Below, piece after piece: positions 47,911-57,251 of a stretch of DNA of 64,000 nucleotides. The notes beneath the pieces are model-generated. The model did no database searches and was not told the origin of the DNA. It worked only from the letters and a program-made list of their open reading frames with translations. The first letter of the stretch is position 1. Every line of letters starts with the position of its first letter. The stretch spans positions 70,921 through 134,920 of the forward strand of contig DATJXE010000003.1 in NCBI GenBank assembly GCA_035500505.1. The letters are read 5' to 3'. Both the position numbers and the translations under genes were made by a program. The stretch is from Minisyncoccota bacterium. GTDB lineage: Bacteria; Patescibacteriota; Minisyncoccia; Phycocordibacterales; UBA2100.

Positions 47911-48515
47911 AGCGCTCCCATCAAATATACGATGGTAAATATGAATATCCATACGATGTCGAGAAAGTGCCAAAAAAGGCTAAACAGAGCCAATTTTCGC
48001 ATATTGCCCCTCGAGAATCCGCGCTTGAGGATGGCGATCGTGAGCGAGAGCAGCCACAGGAGGCCAACGGCGACGTGAAGCCCGTGCGTGCCGACCAGCG
48101 TGAAGTACGCCGAGAGGAATCCGCTGTGCGAGGGACCGTATCCTTGCGCGACGAGGCGCGTGAACTCCGAAACTTCCATCCCGACGAATGCCGCTCCGAG
48201 AACGAATGTCGTCGAAAGCAACAGAATCGCCGCTTGCACTTTGTCAGCGCGCGCGGCAAGGAGCGCGAGGCCGCAGGTGAAACTGCTCGTAAGGAGTGCG
48301 ATCGTTTCGATGAGCACGTACGGCAAGTTGAAGATGTTGCCCATCGAGGACCCTCCGAATGCGGGGCCGCGCAAGACGGCGAACACGGCGAACAGGCTCG
48401 CGAAGAGCACCAAGTCGGTCATGAGGTACGCCCAGAATCCGAAAACGGCGGTAGAATCCGCCGCGCGTTCTTCGGGAGAAAGGGTGTCGCTCGCGTGGGC
48501 TTGGGTTTCCATCAT
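47907..48515 (-). CDS. cyoC: Cytochrome bo3 oxidase subunit III
   Basis: FGFWAYLMTD, LVGTHGLHV, FWHFLDIVW. Confidence 0.95.
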   Translation of the reverse strand: MMETQAHASDTLSPEERAADSTAVFGFWAYLMTDLVLFASLFAVFAVLRGPAFGGSSMGNIFNLPYVLIETIALLTSSFTCGLALLAARADKVQAAILLLSTTFVLGAAFVGMEVSEFTRLVAQGYGPSHSGFLSAYFTLVGTHGLHVAVGLLWLLSLTIAILKRGFSRGNMRKLALFSLFWHFLDIVWIFIFTIVYLMGAL

Positions 48516-50497
48516 ACGGTTATCGCTTCGTCTCGTCGCAATCCGGCCTCACGGTGCACGATCTCGGACGCGGTGACGACATATTCCGCGTCCTCGTCGA
48601 ACGTGCGCGCGAGCGCGGTCACGATAGCGCCGAGCGCGCCGAATATCACGAGCCACCAGATGTGCCAGACCGCGCCGAACCCGAACGCGAAGACGAACGT
48701 TGCAATGATGAGCCCTGCAGCACTCTCTTTGGGCATATGGAAGTCTTCCGCCTGCATGTCGTGGTGTATCTTCGTGTGTTTGTATGCCCAAAACTGATCG
48801 CGCGCATGGACGAGCGGAAGTGCCGCGAAATTGTACGCGGGCGGGGGCGAAGCGACCGACCACTCGAGCGTGCGGCCGCGCCACGGATCGCTGCCGACCT
48901 TGTTTGCGTGCCGCTTCCTGATGCTCGCGATGAGCTGCGCGACCTGGCAACAAAAACCGAGTGCTATCAGAACGGCGCCGACTCCCGCAACCGCAAAAAG
49001 CGGCTGCCAGCCCAGCGCGGCGGAATAATGGTCGAGCCGCCTCGTCGCGCCCTCGAGACCAAGGAGGTAGAGCGGGCCGAACGCAAGGATGAATCCGGTG
49101 AGCCACAACCAGAACGCGCGCCTTCCCCACTTTTCATCGAACGTAAAGCCGAAGAATTTCGGGAACCAGTACGTGAGTCCCGCAAAGTAGCCGAAAAGCA
49201 CGCCGGAAACTATCATCGTGTGAAAGTGCGCGACGAGAAAGAGCGAGTTGTGCAATTCGTAGTCGGCCGGTGGTTCCGCCATGACGACGCCCGCGACCCC
49301 ACCCAGCGTGAAGAGCACGACGAACCCGATGAACCACAGCATCGGTGTGGTGAAGCGGATGCGTCCACGGTACATCGTGAAGAGCCAGTTGAATATCTTG
49401 ACGCCCGTCGGCACCGCGATGACCGCCGTCATGATGCCGAAGAACGCGTTCACATCCGCCTCCGCGCCCATCGTGAAAAAGTGGTGCAGCCATACGATGA
49501 ACGACAGCACAACAATGGCCCAAATGGAGAGCACCATCGACGTGTACCCGGCAAGTTTCTTGCTCGAAAAAACGGGCACGATCTCGGAAAACACCCCGAA
49601 CGCCGGCAAAATGAGGATGTAGACCTCCGGATGTCCCCACGCCCATATCAAATTGACGTACATCATCATGTTGCCGCCTCCGCCTGCGGTGAAAAAATGC
49701 ATGCCCGCGGTGCGGTCGAGCCACAAAAGCGCGAGGGTCACAGTGAGGATCGGGAACGCGAACACGACGAGCGACATCGAACCGAGCGTCGTCCAGGTGA
49801 ACATCGGAAGGCGCATCCAGGTCATGCCCTTCGCGCGCTTCTTCACGATGGTCGCGATGAAATTCACCCCCGAGAGGAGGCTTCCCAAGCCCCCGATCTG
49901 CAGTCCCCATATCCAATAATCAACCCCAACGGTCGGCGAATATTGAAGTTCCGAAAGCGGCGGATACGCGAGCCAGCCTGCGGTCGAGAAGTCGCCCAAC
50001 AAAAGCGAACAGTTGATGAGCGCCGCACCGGCAAAAAAGAGCCAGAAGCTCAAGGAATTCAAGAATGGGAACGCAACGTCGCGCGTCCCTATCTGGAGTG
50101 GCACAACGAGGTTGATGAGCCCGAACATGAGTCCCATCGCGACGAAAAAGATCATGATAGAACCGTGCGCGGAGAATATTTGTTGGAAATGGTTCGCGCT
50201 CACGATGCCGAACGAATCGCCCACCGAGGTCGCCTGCTGCGCGCGAAGGAGGAGCGCGTCGACGCCGCCGCGCACGAGCATGATGCCCGCGACCGTGATG
50301 TACATGATGCCGATCTTTTTTGGGTCGAGCGATGTAAACCACTCCTTCCACAGCCATCGCCATGAACCGGAGAAGGTGACGAAGGCGAGTACGGCCAGTA
50401 TGCAGGCCACCATATAGATGGCGCCGCCCCACGCGATCGGATTCTGCGGGAGAACCGACCACGAAAGCTTGCCGAATATGAGTTCCTGCCAGTTCAT
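48512..50497 (-). CDS. cyoB: Cytochrome bo3 quinol oxidase subunit I
   Basis: FSAHG, WGHPEVY, WLHHFF, AHFH metal ligands; RDVAFP, PTGVK. Confidence 0.97.
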   Translation of the reverse strand: MNWQELIFGKLSWSVLPQNPIAWGGAIYMVACILAVLAFVTFSGSWRWLWKEWFTSLDPKKIGIMYITVAGIMLVRGGVDALLLRAQQATSVGDSFGIVSANHFQQIFSAHGSIMIFFVAMGLMFGLINLVVPLQIGTRDVAFPFLNSLSFWLFFAGAALINCSLLLGDFSTAGWLAYPPLSELQYSPTVGVDYWIWGLQIGGLGSLLSGVNFIATIVKKRAKGMTWMRLPMFTWTTLGSMSLVVFAFPILTVTLALLWLDRTAGMHFFTAGGGGNMMMYVNLIWAWGHPEVYILILPAFGVFSEIVPVFSSKKLAGYTSMVLSIWAIVVLSFIVWLHHFFTMGAEADVNAFFGIMTAVIAVPTGVKIFNWLFTMYRGRIRFTTPMLWFIGFVVLFTLGGVAGVVMAEPPADYELHNSLFLVAHFHTMIVSGVLFGYFAGLTYWFPKFFGFTFDEKWGRRAFWLWLTGFILAFGPLYLLGLEGATRRLDHYSAALGWQPLFAVAGVGAVLIALGFCCQVAQLIASIRKRHANKVGSDPWRGRTLEWSVASPPPAYNFAALPLVHARDQFWAYKHTKIHHDMQAEDFHMPKESAAGLIIATFVFAFGFGAVWHIWWLVIFGALGAIVTALARTFDEDAEYVVTASEIVHREAGLRRDEAITV

Positions 50498-51423
50498 GGT
50501 GTCATGTTCATTCCCTGCATTCCATCCGCCGTCGAGGCGGGATCCATCATCATGCCACTGCCGGGAGTCATGTATTTATTTTCTACGGAACCAAACAGGT
50601 CCACGGAAACCGGCCAGTAGTACGAGACAGGATTATACTCGGTCGGCTGGGCGAGCGACGCGTATGAACTCTCTGTAAGTGGCGCAAGTCCGGTCTTGGC
50701 GGCGGTCACCCATTGATCGAACTGCGTTTGCGGAACGGCTCGCGCAGTGAACGCCATGCCCGAGAAGCCGTCGCCGCTTATGTTGCCGGAGAAGCCGTTG
50801 AAGTCTCCCGTGCGGCTTGCCATGAGATTGAGTTGCGTGGTCATGCCGGGCATCGCCATGATCTGACCCCCGAGTTGCGGTATCCAAAAGGAATTCATCG
50901 GTGCATCGGCAGTGAGATAAAAATGGACCGGTGTCCCAACGGGAAATTCGACGAGGTTCACGCTCGCGATGCCTTGTTCGGGATAAATGAAGAGCCACTT
51001 CCAGTCGAGAGCGACGACGTCGATGGTCATCGAAGGAGTGTTCGCTTGGAGCGGTTTGTAGGGATCGAGTGCGTGGGAACTTTGCCAGGCGATGATACCG
51101 AGGATGAAAATGATGATGGCGGGGACGACCCACCAGACAACCTCGGCGACCCAGTTGTAGTGGTCCCATTCGGAATGATGCTCGTGCAGGGCCGCGTGGC
51201 CGCCTTCGCGGTAGCGCCACGAGAACGCGAAAAGCATTACGAAAACCGGCACGACAACAAGTGCGCACAAAAGGAGTGTAGTGAATATGATGTTCCTCTC
51301 CGCGAGCGCGACGGGCCCGGCAGGGTCGAGGATGGCGATGTTGGCGTGCTGTGCATAGATGACGGTCGCGACCACAAGCAAAGCAACGCCGGCGCACAGC
51401 AGGAATACCGAGAAGCGGCTCAT
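50494..51423 (-). CDS. cyoA: Cytochrome bo3 oxidase subunit II
   Basis: LDPAGPVA, VALDWKWLFIYP, MNSFWIPQLGGQIMAM; no CuA cysteines. Confidence 0.95.
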   Translation of the reverse strand: MSRFSVFLLCAGVALLVVATVIYAQHANIAILDPAGPVALAERNIIFTTLLLCALVVVPVFVMLFAFSWRYREGGHAALHEHHSEWDHYNWVAEVVWWVVPAIIIFILGIIAWQSSHALDPYKPLQANTPSMTIDVVALDWKWLFIYPEQGIASVNLVEFPVGTPVHFYLTADAPMNSFWIPQLGGQIMAMPGMTTQLNLMASRTGDFNGFSGNISGDGFSGMAFTARAVPQTQFDQWVTAAKTGLAPLTESSYASLAQPTEYNPVSYYWPVSVDLFGSVENKYMTPGSGMMMDPASTADGMQGMNMTP

Positions 51424-51484
51424 TCTCTCAAGTGTAGCACCGCGAAATCGGGCGCGGCGCGATGCGAAACGCCAAGGCAAGACC

Positions 51485-52054
51485 TCACATTTGCGACGAC
51501 GTGGCGGTATCGAGTAACCGATCGGGTATCAATTCTTCTCCGTACGTTGTTGGCTGGAGCGGCGGCACCGTCCCCGGCAGGATCACCGTCGCGTTTATCC
51601 TCACGTCCGTGCCGATATCGGCGGAAGTGCCGCCTGCGGGTATCGCTCGCACAAAGGGCACCTTCTCAAGGAGCAATTTGTTCCCGGCACCATCCACGAG
51701 GGTTATATCAGCATTCTTGTTACACAGGAGCTGCAGTGCCTGCTGGTTGACCTCAAAACTATCCCGGTCGTCCGGATACGCATTCTGGTCCTCGAGGTGC
51801 TCCTTTATGTCGTGCAAGACGGCGATCAGTACTGGTTGCAATTCTTCGCAATTGCTCTCGACGCCGCCGGACGAATCTTCGTTCAATACCGTGGTGAAAG
51901 GTCCTATCTCGAGGCTTTGTCCGAGGCTTTGGTCGAATCCCGGCCCGTTATTCTTCCCTTCCGGGTGTTCCGTGAATTCATGGTAGGAAAAAAGGAGCAT
52001 GACGACGAGCAGGACACCGATAGCGACTGCGCTGATCTTTTCGAAGGTACTCAT
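51485..52054 (-). CDS. Membrane-anchored hypothetical protein
   Basis: N-terminal TM, acidic ectodomain with two Cys. Confidence 0.65.
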   Translation of the reverse strand: MSTFEKISAVAIGVLLVVMLLFSYHEFTEHPEGKNNGPGFDQSLGQSLEIGPFTTVLNEDSSGGVESNCEELQPVLIAVLHDIKEHLEDQNAYPDDRDSFEVNQQALQLLCNKNADITLVDGAGNKLLLEKVPFVRAIPAGGTSADIGTDVRINATVILPGTVPPLQPTTYGEELIPDRLLDTATSSQM

Positions 52055-52057
52055 AGG

Positions 52058-52348
52058 TCAATCGTCGTCTCGCTCCCCATCATACCCCCGGATGCGCGGT
52101 TGTGCGGGCACGGCTGGCTGGGTCGAGGTCGGGATCGTCGGAGCCGTCACCTGGACGTCGTTGGTCACACTCGTCGGGGGAGCGGGTGCCGGAGCGACCT
52201 GCGATGTTTCCGTTTCCGCGGCGGGAGCGGCTGAAGGTTGTGCCTGTTCAAGTCGCTCCTGTCCTTGTAAATACGATGCGCCGTACACAAGGCCCGACAA
52301 AAGTACGAGGCCCCAGGCGAATTGCATATGTTCTTTGAAGAAGTTCAT
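52058..52348 (-). CDS. Small TM plus Pro/Thr-rich protein
   Basis: Overlaps stop of oxidoreductase; ends in ERDDD. Confidence 0.65.
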   Translation of the reverse strand: MNFFKEHMQFAWGLVLLSGLVYGASYLQGQERLEQAQPSAAPAAETETSQVAPAPAPPTSVTNDVQVTAPTIPTSTQPAVPAQPRIRGYDGERDDD

Positions 52349-53829
52349 GCGAAGCCAGGGAAGAAATCGCTCTTGATCCTGAAGCGTGAGATACCCATTG
52401 CGTGCAAGGTTTTCTTGAACGATTCCACCATGCCGTGCGGGCCGGATATGTAGAACATGCGCTCGTGGAAATCCGGAACTTCCTTCGCGATGAGCGGCAT
52501 GTCTATCGTGTTGCCGGTCGCATAGACCGTCTTGATGCCGAGTTCCGCCTGCGCGCGGTCCAAGAGCGGTTTGTATGCGATGTCGGCGGGCGTTCTGTTC
52601 GCGTATAAGAGGACGATGTCGCGTTTCTCCTTGGTGCCGAGCAGATATTCGATCATGCTGCGGAACGGCGTGATGCCGATACCTCCGGCGATGAACACCA
52701 ATTTTTTATCCCTATTGCGGGGCAAAACGAACCCGCCTGCCAGATGGGAAACGGATATCGTGCCGCCGACTTTCATCGCGCCGAGGGTGCGCTTGAACGT
52801 GCTCGCGGGCGCGTAAAATTTCACGCCCAAGCGCACGTGCGGCTCGGTGGGGGCCGACGCGAGCGTGAAATAACGCCTGTTCCCGCGGTCGTCTGGATAC
52901 CGGTGAGAAAGCGTCCACTCCATGTACTGCCCCGGCTTGAACGAGAACGGGCGATCCGACGTGAAGATGAAATCGTATGCGTCTTTTGCCGCCTGCTCGA
53001 TCCGAACGAGGGTGAGCGTAAAGCGACCCTTCGGGCTTACGACGTAGGAGAATACGTTGCCGGCGAGGAGCGCGAGTTCCGGCGTCATGTAGAAGCTCCC
53101 GATGTGGATGTTGGGCGCAAAAAAGAAGCCGACCAGTGCGCCATAGCACACGCGCAGCAGTCTGTTCGGAGGAGTGGTCAGAGGCTCGGTGAGCATGACG
53201 AATCCCAAGAAGAAAAACGAGGAGTGCAGGAGTGTCTGCGTGATTGGTGTCAGGTAATCGCCGGTCGAGGTCGTGGCCAATGTGGTCGCGAGGGCAACGA
53301 TGGCGAACGAGCCCACAAGGTCGAAGCGTTGTATCTTGCGAACGACAAGGAGTCCGCCGATCACTACGATTGGCATGAGCCACGCATTGCCGCCGACCCA
53401 CCACGTTGCCGGTTCATTGATGACCAGCGCGGAGAGCGCGACGGCGAACGCTGCGGGGTTGAAGACGTGTTTTTTCCCTATCGCGAAGATGTACTTCGAG
53501 GCCATCGCCCACACGGAAGCGAACACGAGGAAGCCGACCCCGGCGTGATCGCTTGCCGTGACCGGAGAAATGATAAGAACGAGTATGAGCGCGGTGATGT
53601 AGACGGATTCGATGTTGGTCTCGGCCTTGAACGTCCGCGCGAAAACCCAGTTCGTCGCCATGCACACGAGCGTGATAAGAATGGCGGAAAACGCCAGCGA
53701 GGCCGGGTCGTACTGGAGCAATCCGAAAAAACCGAGTGCGAACGCGGTCAGCACGAGGACCACCAAGTAGTACAGCACCAGGCGGTACATCGTGATGCGG
53801 TTGAGTATGTCGTCGATGAACGTGATCAT
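52345..53829 (-). CDS. RnfD/NqrB-like membrane domain fused to FNR-type NAD(P)H oxidoreductase
   Basis: KHVFNPAAF and MLTEPLTTP (RnfD-like); RRYFTLAS, IAGGIGITPF, SGPHGMV (FNR). Confidence 0.85.
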   Translation of the reverse strand: MITFIDDILNRITMYRLVLYYLVVLVLTAFALGFFGLLQYDPASLAFSAILITLVCMATNWVFARTFKAETNIESVYITALILVLIISPVTASDHAGVGFLVFASVWAMASKYIFAIGKKHVFNPAAFAVALSALVINEPATWWVGGNAWLMPIVVIGGLLVVRKIQRFDLVGSFAIVALATTLATTSTGDYLTPITQTLLHSSFFFLGFVMLTEPLTTPPNRLLRVCYGALVGFFFAPNIHIGSFYMTPELALLAGNVFSYVVSPKGRFTLTLVRIEQAAKDAYDFIFTSDRPFSFKPGQYMEWTLSHRYPDDRGNRRYFTLASAPTEPHVRLGVKFYAPASTFKRTLGAMKVGGTISVSHLAGGFVLPRNRDKKLVFIAGGIGITPFRSMIEYLLGTKEKRDIVLLYANRTPADIAYKPLLDRAQAELGIKTVYATGNTIDMPLIAKEVPDFHERMFYISGPHGMVESFKKTLHAMGISRFRIKSDFFPGFA

Positions 53830-54566
53830 GCGAGGTGGGAGCCAAGGCCGCTCGTCAGGGTCGCGATGCCGGCGCTGTCTATCGAGTACCCTTCGAAGCC
53901 TTCGAGTTTTTCTATGAAGTCGATGCCGCTTCGTCCCATCGCAAAGGCAGCCGTCGCGAAACGGTCTGCTTCGCAAACGTCCGGACCGACGACGGTGAGG
54001 CTCACGATGTCGGTGATCGGTACGCGCGGATCATGCGGATTGTAAATGTGATTGCCTCGCGCGGCGGTGCCCGATGTGGCGACGCCCGCGCCGCGCGGGT
54101 AGAGAACTTTTACTATCTGCTCGCGGTTGAAAGGGTTCCGGATGCCGATCGTCCACTCCTTCCCTTCGGCATTGTGTCCGTTCGTTTGTATGTCACCGCC
54201 TATCTCCAGGTAATAAGAATCGAATCCCGAAGCTTTGGCGAGGTCCGCGGCTTTCCGTATCGCCCAGCCCTTGACGATGCCAGAGGGGTCGAAGGTCCCG
54301 TCAGGACGACGGACGTTGAAGTATCCTGCCGTTTCCCTCATGGTCTTCTCGGCAAGTGATAGCACCTCCTGCATCTCTCGACTGTGGTTGGATGGTGCGA
54401 TGTTGCCGCGGTTGATATGCGCTACCTCGCTGTCGTCTCTGTACGTACTGAAACGCGCGTTGATCTCGTCCCACAGATCAAAAATGTGTTCGATCGGTTG
54501 AATATCGTCGCTCCCTACCAGTTCGACGGAAGCGGGCATGCCCATGATGATCCTGTGGTGTCGCAT
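53826..54566 (-). CDS. apbE: FAD:protein FMN transferase ApbE (short, no signal peptide)
   Basis: MG, FSTYRDDSE, DPSGIVKGW, GGDI, VATSG, HIYNP, ADRFATA. Confidence 0.92.
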   Translation of the reverse strand: MRHHRIIMGMPASVELVGSDDIQPIEHIFDLWDEINARFSTYRDDSEVAHINRGNIAPSNHSREMQEVLSLAEKTMRETAGYFNVRRPDGTFDPSGIVKGWAIRKAADLAKASGFDSYYLEIGGDIQTNGHNAEGKEWTIGIRNPFNREQIVKVLYPRGAGVATSGTAARGNHIYNPHDPRVPITDIVSLTVVGPDVCEADRFATAAFAMGRSGIDFIEKLEGFEGYSIDSAGIATLTSGLGSHLA

Positions 54567-54568
54567 GG

Positions 54569-55126
54569 TCAGGTTTTTGCTTGAGCGAGCGCAGCGCCGA
54601 GCGACTGCCGGAACGCCGCACTGGTGTCGCTCGCGCCGGAAACTCCGCTGACATTCGCGCTTTGCGCTTGGATGGCTTCTTGGACGAGAAGTGGCATCGC
54701 CTGCCCGTTGATGTAACGCGACGTCCCGCGGTCGTTCGGATACTGCAGGAACGTGACGTCGATCAACTTTCCGCCGCTGACGGTCGCCTGAACCTGCACA
54801 TTCCCGTAGTAAGCATCCGCGACGCTCCCTGTGTAGCTGCCATCAATGTACTGCCCTTGCGGCTTGGGTGTCGGAGTGGGCGTTGGAGTCGGTGCCTGGG
54901 TCTGTGTTTGAGGAGGTGGTTGAGTCTGGACCTGAGATGGCTGCTGAGACGTGGTTTGTTGTGGGGGAACTGTGGGGCTGGGGATGGAAGACGTCAGCAC
55001 AACGGAGGTCGGGGGAGTTGTTTGGGACGATGTCGGTTGCGCTGCTGAGCCCCCCGAAAGGTATTGATATGCAACGTAGCCTCCGGAGGCCAGAAATACG
55101 AAAAGTGATAGGAAAAATTTCTTCAT
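54569..55126 (-). CDS. Membrane-anchored FMN-binding protein
   Basis: TM, Pro/Thr/Gln linker, YIDGSYTG, VSGVSGAS flavinylation motif. Confidence 0.9.
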   Translation of the reverse strand: MKKFFLSLFVFLASGGYVAYQYLSGGSAAQPTSSQTTPPTSVVLTSSIPSPTVPPQQTTSQQPSQVQTQPPPQTQTQAPTPTPTPTPKPQGQYIDGSYTGSVADAYYGNVQVQATVSGGKLIDVTFLQYPNDRGTSRYINGQAMPLLVQEAIQAQSANVSGVSGASDTSAAFRQSLGAALAQAKT

Positions 55127-55290
55127 ATACACAAGCATTATACGTTCTTCGTGCTTCCAATATTGCACTCGGCCCACCGATGCAAAATGCATCCTGCGAC
55201 GTGGCCCGGTCTCGGAATGACCGCCTCAAAACTGTGTAAAGGTTTCTTGGTGAGTTGATAGTTAGACGGATTCAAGAGGAGCAGTCTAGC

Positions 55291-56505
55291 TTACTGTACG
55301 AACTTGAAAGTCTGTGCAATATCATCAAGTTTGCCGAGTAAAGCTGTTTCTGTCTGCACTGACCATTGACGATTATCACAGCCGCTATTTACACAAGCAC
55401 TTGGAAACGAAGAAAGGCGAATATCTACGCATACACCATTATGAACTGCGGAATACTGCCGTTCAGCGCCTTCAAATGAATCGTGCGAGGTTACGTCGTA
55501 CTGAAGGAAAGTGAGGCTGTTGATAATCGTGTTCTTAGCGTTTCCTGAGAGGACCTCTCGATATTGCGCCGGTATATTCGGATCGTTATCTACCCAAACG
55601 AATGCTCCGGGAGATGTGCATTTTGCAACATCGGACGAATCCGCGCTGACGCTAACGGTCATGTAGCCTTCTGTTTGATAGTTGTCGGTAAGTTGTACAT
55701 ACGCTATCGGGCTACTGGAGAATGTTTTGATTGAGCCGTAGTCAGTTGTTCCAAAATATGCAGCGCTTGGATACTGAAAACTGAATCCATACTGTGCATT
55801 GCTATATATCTTTGTATCCGAAGAAGTGACGGCTGGCTGTGTAAAGTGAAAGGATTGAACTATCGACTCAAGGTCATTTTGTGACTGACTGGGTTGCTCA
55901 ACCCCACCTTGATAATTGCTGAACTCATCGTCGAGAATGGCGTAACACAAACCATTATGCGATGTGTAATACGCAGTAAAGGCCTCTTGAGTTCCGGCTG
56001 CAGCGTCTCCACCTGAGCTGGTCGTGAATTGAACGCCATGTATGGTCGCGGTACCGTATTTGGTGCTATTTCCTTCTCCTCCAGTTGGAGTATTGCACCA
56101 AGAATTGGTGCTGGTCGAAACGATAGGCACAACATACCCGTAGGCAAAGCCGTTTATCGGTTGCGGACTTTTTTCATAGAACACGACGAGGGGGTTGCCT
56201 CTGCATACGGAGAAACCTTCGGCGCAATCCGGATTTACTTGTGCCGTACTAGGATACTGCATAGTAAATCCATACTGAGTATTGTTGTATGTCTTTGTAT
56301 CCGAAGCATCGGATGTGGGATTTGCTTGAGCGGACTGTGACGGTTTATTATTCACCGCTGTCGCTGGAAGTTCGGGCAAATTCTGCTGTGTCTGGAATGC
56401 GGCATTTTGATCCATGACGTAATATGCCCCGCCACCAACGGCGATGAGTCCGAGGATGATAGCGATCAAGACCCCGAGGCCGATAAAACCCCTTTGAGTT
56501 TCCAT
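55291..56505 (-). CDS. Surface protein with prepilin-like N-terminus and two repeated domains
   Basis: METQRG|FIGLGVLIAII; repeats TKTYNNTQYGFTMQYPS and TKIYSNAQYGFSFQYPS; visibly AT-richer. Confidence 0.75.
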   Translation of the reverse strand: METQRGFIGLGVLIAIILGLIAVGGGAYYVMDQNAAFQTQQNLPELPATAVNNKPSQSAQANPTSDASDTKTYNNTQYGFTMQYPSTAQVNPDCAEGFSVCRGNPLVVFYEKSPQPINGFAYGYVVPIVSTSTNSWCNTPTGGEGNSTKYGTATIHGVQFTTSSGGDAAAGTQEAFTAYYTSHNGLCYAILDDEFSNYQGGVEQPSQSQNDLESIVQSFHFTQPAVTSSDTKIYSNAQYGFSFQYPSAAYFGTTDYGSIKTFSSSPIAYVQLTDNYQTEGYMTVSVSADSSDVAKCTSPGAFVWVDNDPNIPAQYREVLSGNAKNTIINSLTFLQYDVTSHDSFEGAERQYSAVHNGVCVDIRLSSFPSACVNSGCDNRQWSVQTETALLGKLDDIAQTFKFVQ

Positions 56506-56625
56506 GATGCTTTAATTCTATAATGCGTGGCCCGAAAGTAAATCAGCTGTCAACTTGTTTCGAACAACCCCTGGGGTCGCACCTTTGCCTCAGACCTCAG
56601 AGTTGTCCGATAAAAAACTCTTGAG

Positions 56626-56710
56626 CGGAGGGGGTGAGATTCGAACTCACGGTGCCTTTCGGCACATCTGTTTTCAAGACAGACGCACTAGACCACTATG
56701 CGACCCCTCC
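56626..56710 (-). tRNA. tRNA-Ser(TGA)
   Basis: Long variable arm, loop CT-TGA-AA. Confidence 0.95.
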
Positions 56711-56774
56711 GGGAATTACCACTATACAATTCTTTTGAGCTACAACACCAGACGCGGTGCTACAATAAATACTC

Positions 56775-57248
56775 ATGCCTCCGCAAAGACGGGTGCTCCG
56801 CTGGAGCGCGTACGAACATGAGTTCACCGAGCGCGGCGCCGATTGGTTCTGGGCGCTCGGCATCATCGCGTTGTGCGGAGCGGTCTTGTGCGTACTTTTC
56901 CACGATGTTCTGTTCGGGCTCCTCATCCTCGTCGCAGCCGTCGCCTTCGGGTTGCTCGCCAACACCGCGCCGGAGCTGGCGACCTTTGAGGTCTCCGACC
57001 GCGGCATCCGCATCAACGGCATATTGCATCAGTACCACGACATCATTTCGTTCTGGGTAGAAGAAGAGCATCACCACGGCCGTCCACTCCTTCTTGTCGA
57101 TACCACAAAGTTCCTGGCGCCGAACTTCATCATTCCGCTCGAAGGCATCGACCCGCATCTCGTGCGCACGTTCCTCAAGCGACACGCCAAAGAAGTCCAC
57201 ATGAAAGAACCTCTCTCGCACAGAGTCGTGGAATTCTTCGGGCTCTAA
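56775..57248 (+). CDS. Conserved hypothetical two-TM protein
   Basis: WSAYEHE..RGADWFW, two TM, PH-like C-terminus. Confidence 0.75.
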   Translation: MPPQRRVLRWSAYEHEFTERGADWFWALGIIALCGAVLCVLFHDVLFGLLILVAAVAFGLLANTAPELATFEVSDRGIRINGILHQYHDIISFWVEEEHHHGRPLLLVDTTKFLAPNFIIPLEGIDPHLVRTFLKRHAKEVHMKEPLSHRVVEFFGL

Positions 57249-57251
57249 GGA

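Noticed and set aside
48554-50365. Long antisense ORFs (603 aa here; also 52744-54045, 10958-12142, 14276-15349)
   Set aside because: Shadows of GC-rich, clearly identified genes on the other strand; no recognisable motifs
55200-56534. 9-bp direct repeat CGTGGCCCG flanking the AT-rich gene as a target-site duplication
   Set aside because: Short, GC-rich, no element ends or transposase; compatible with chance
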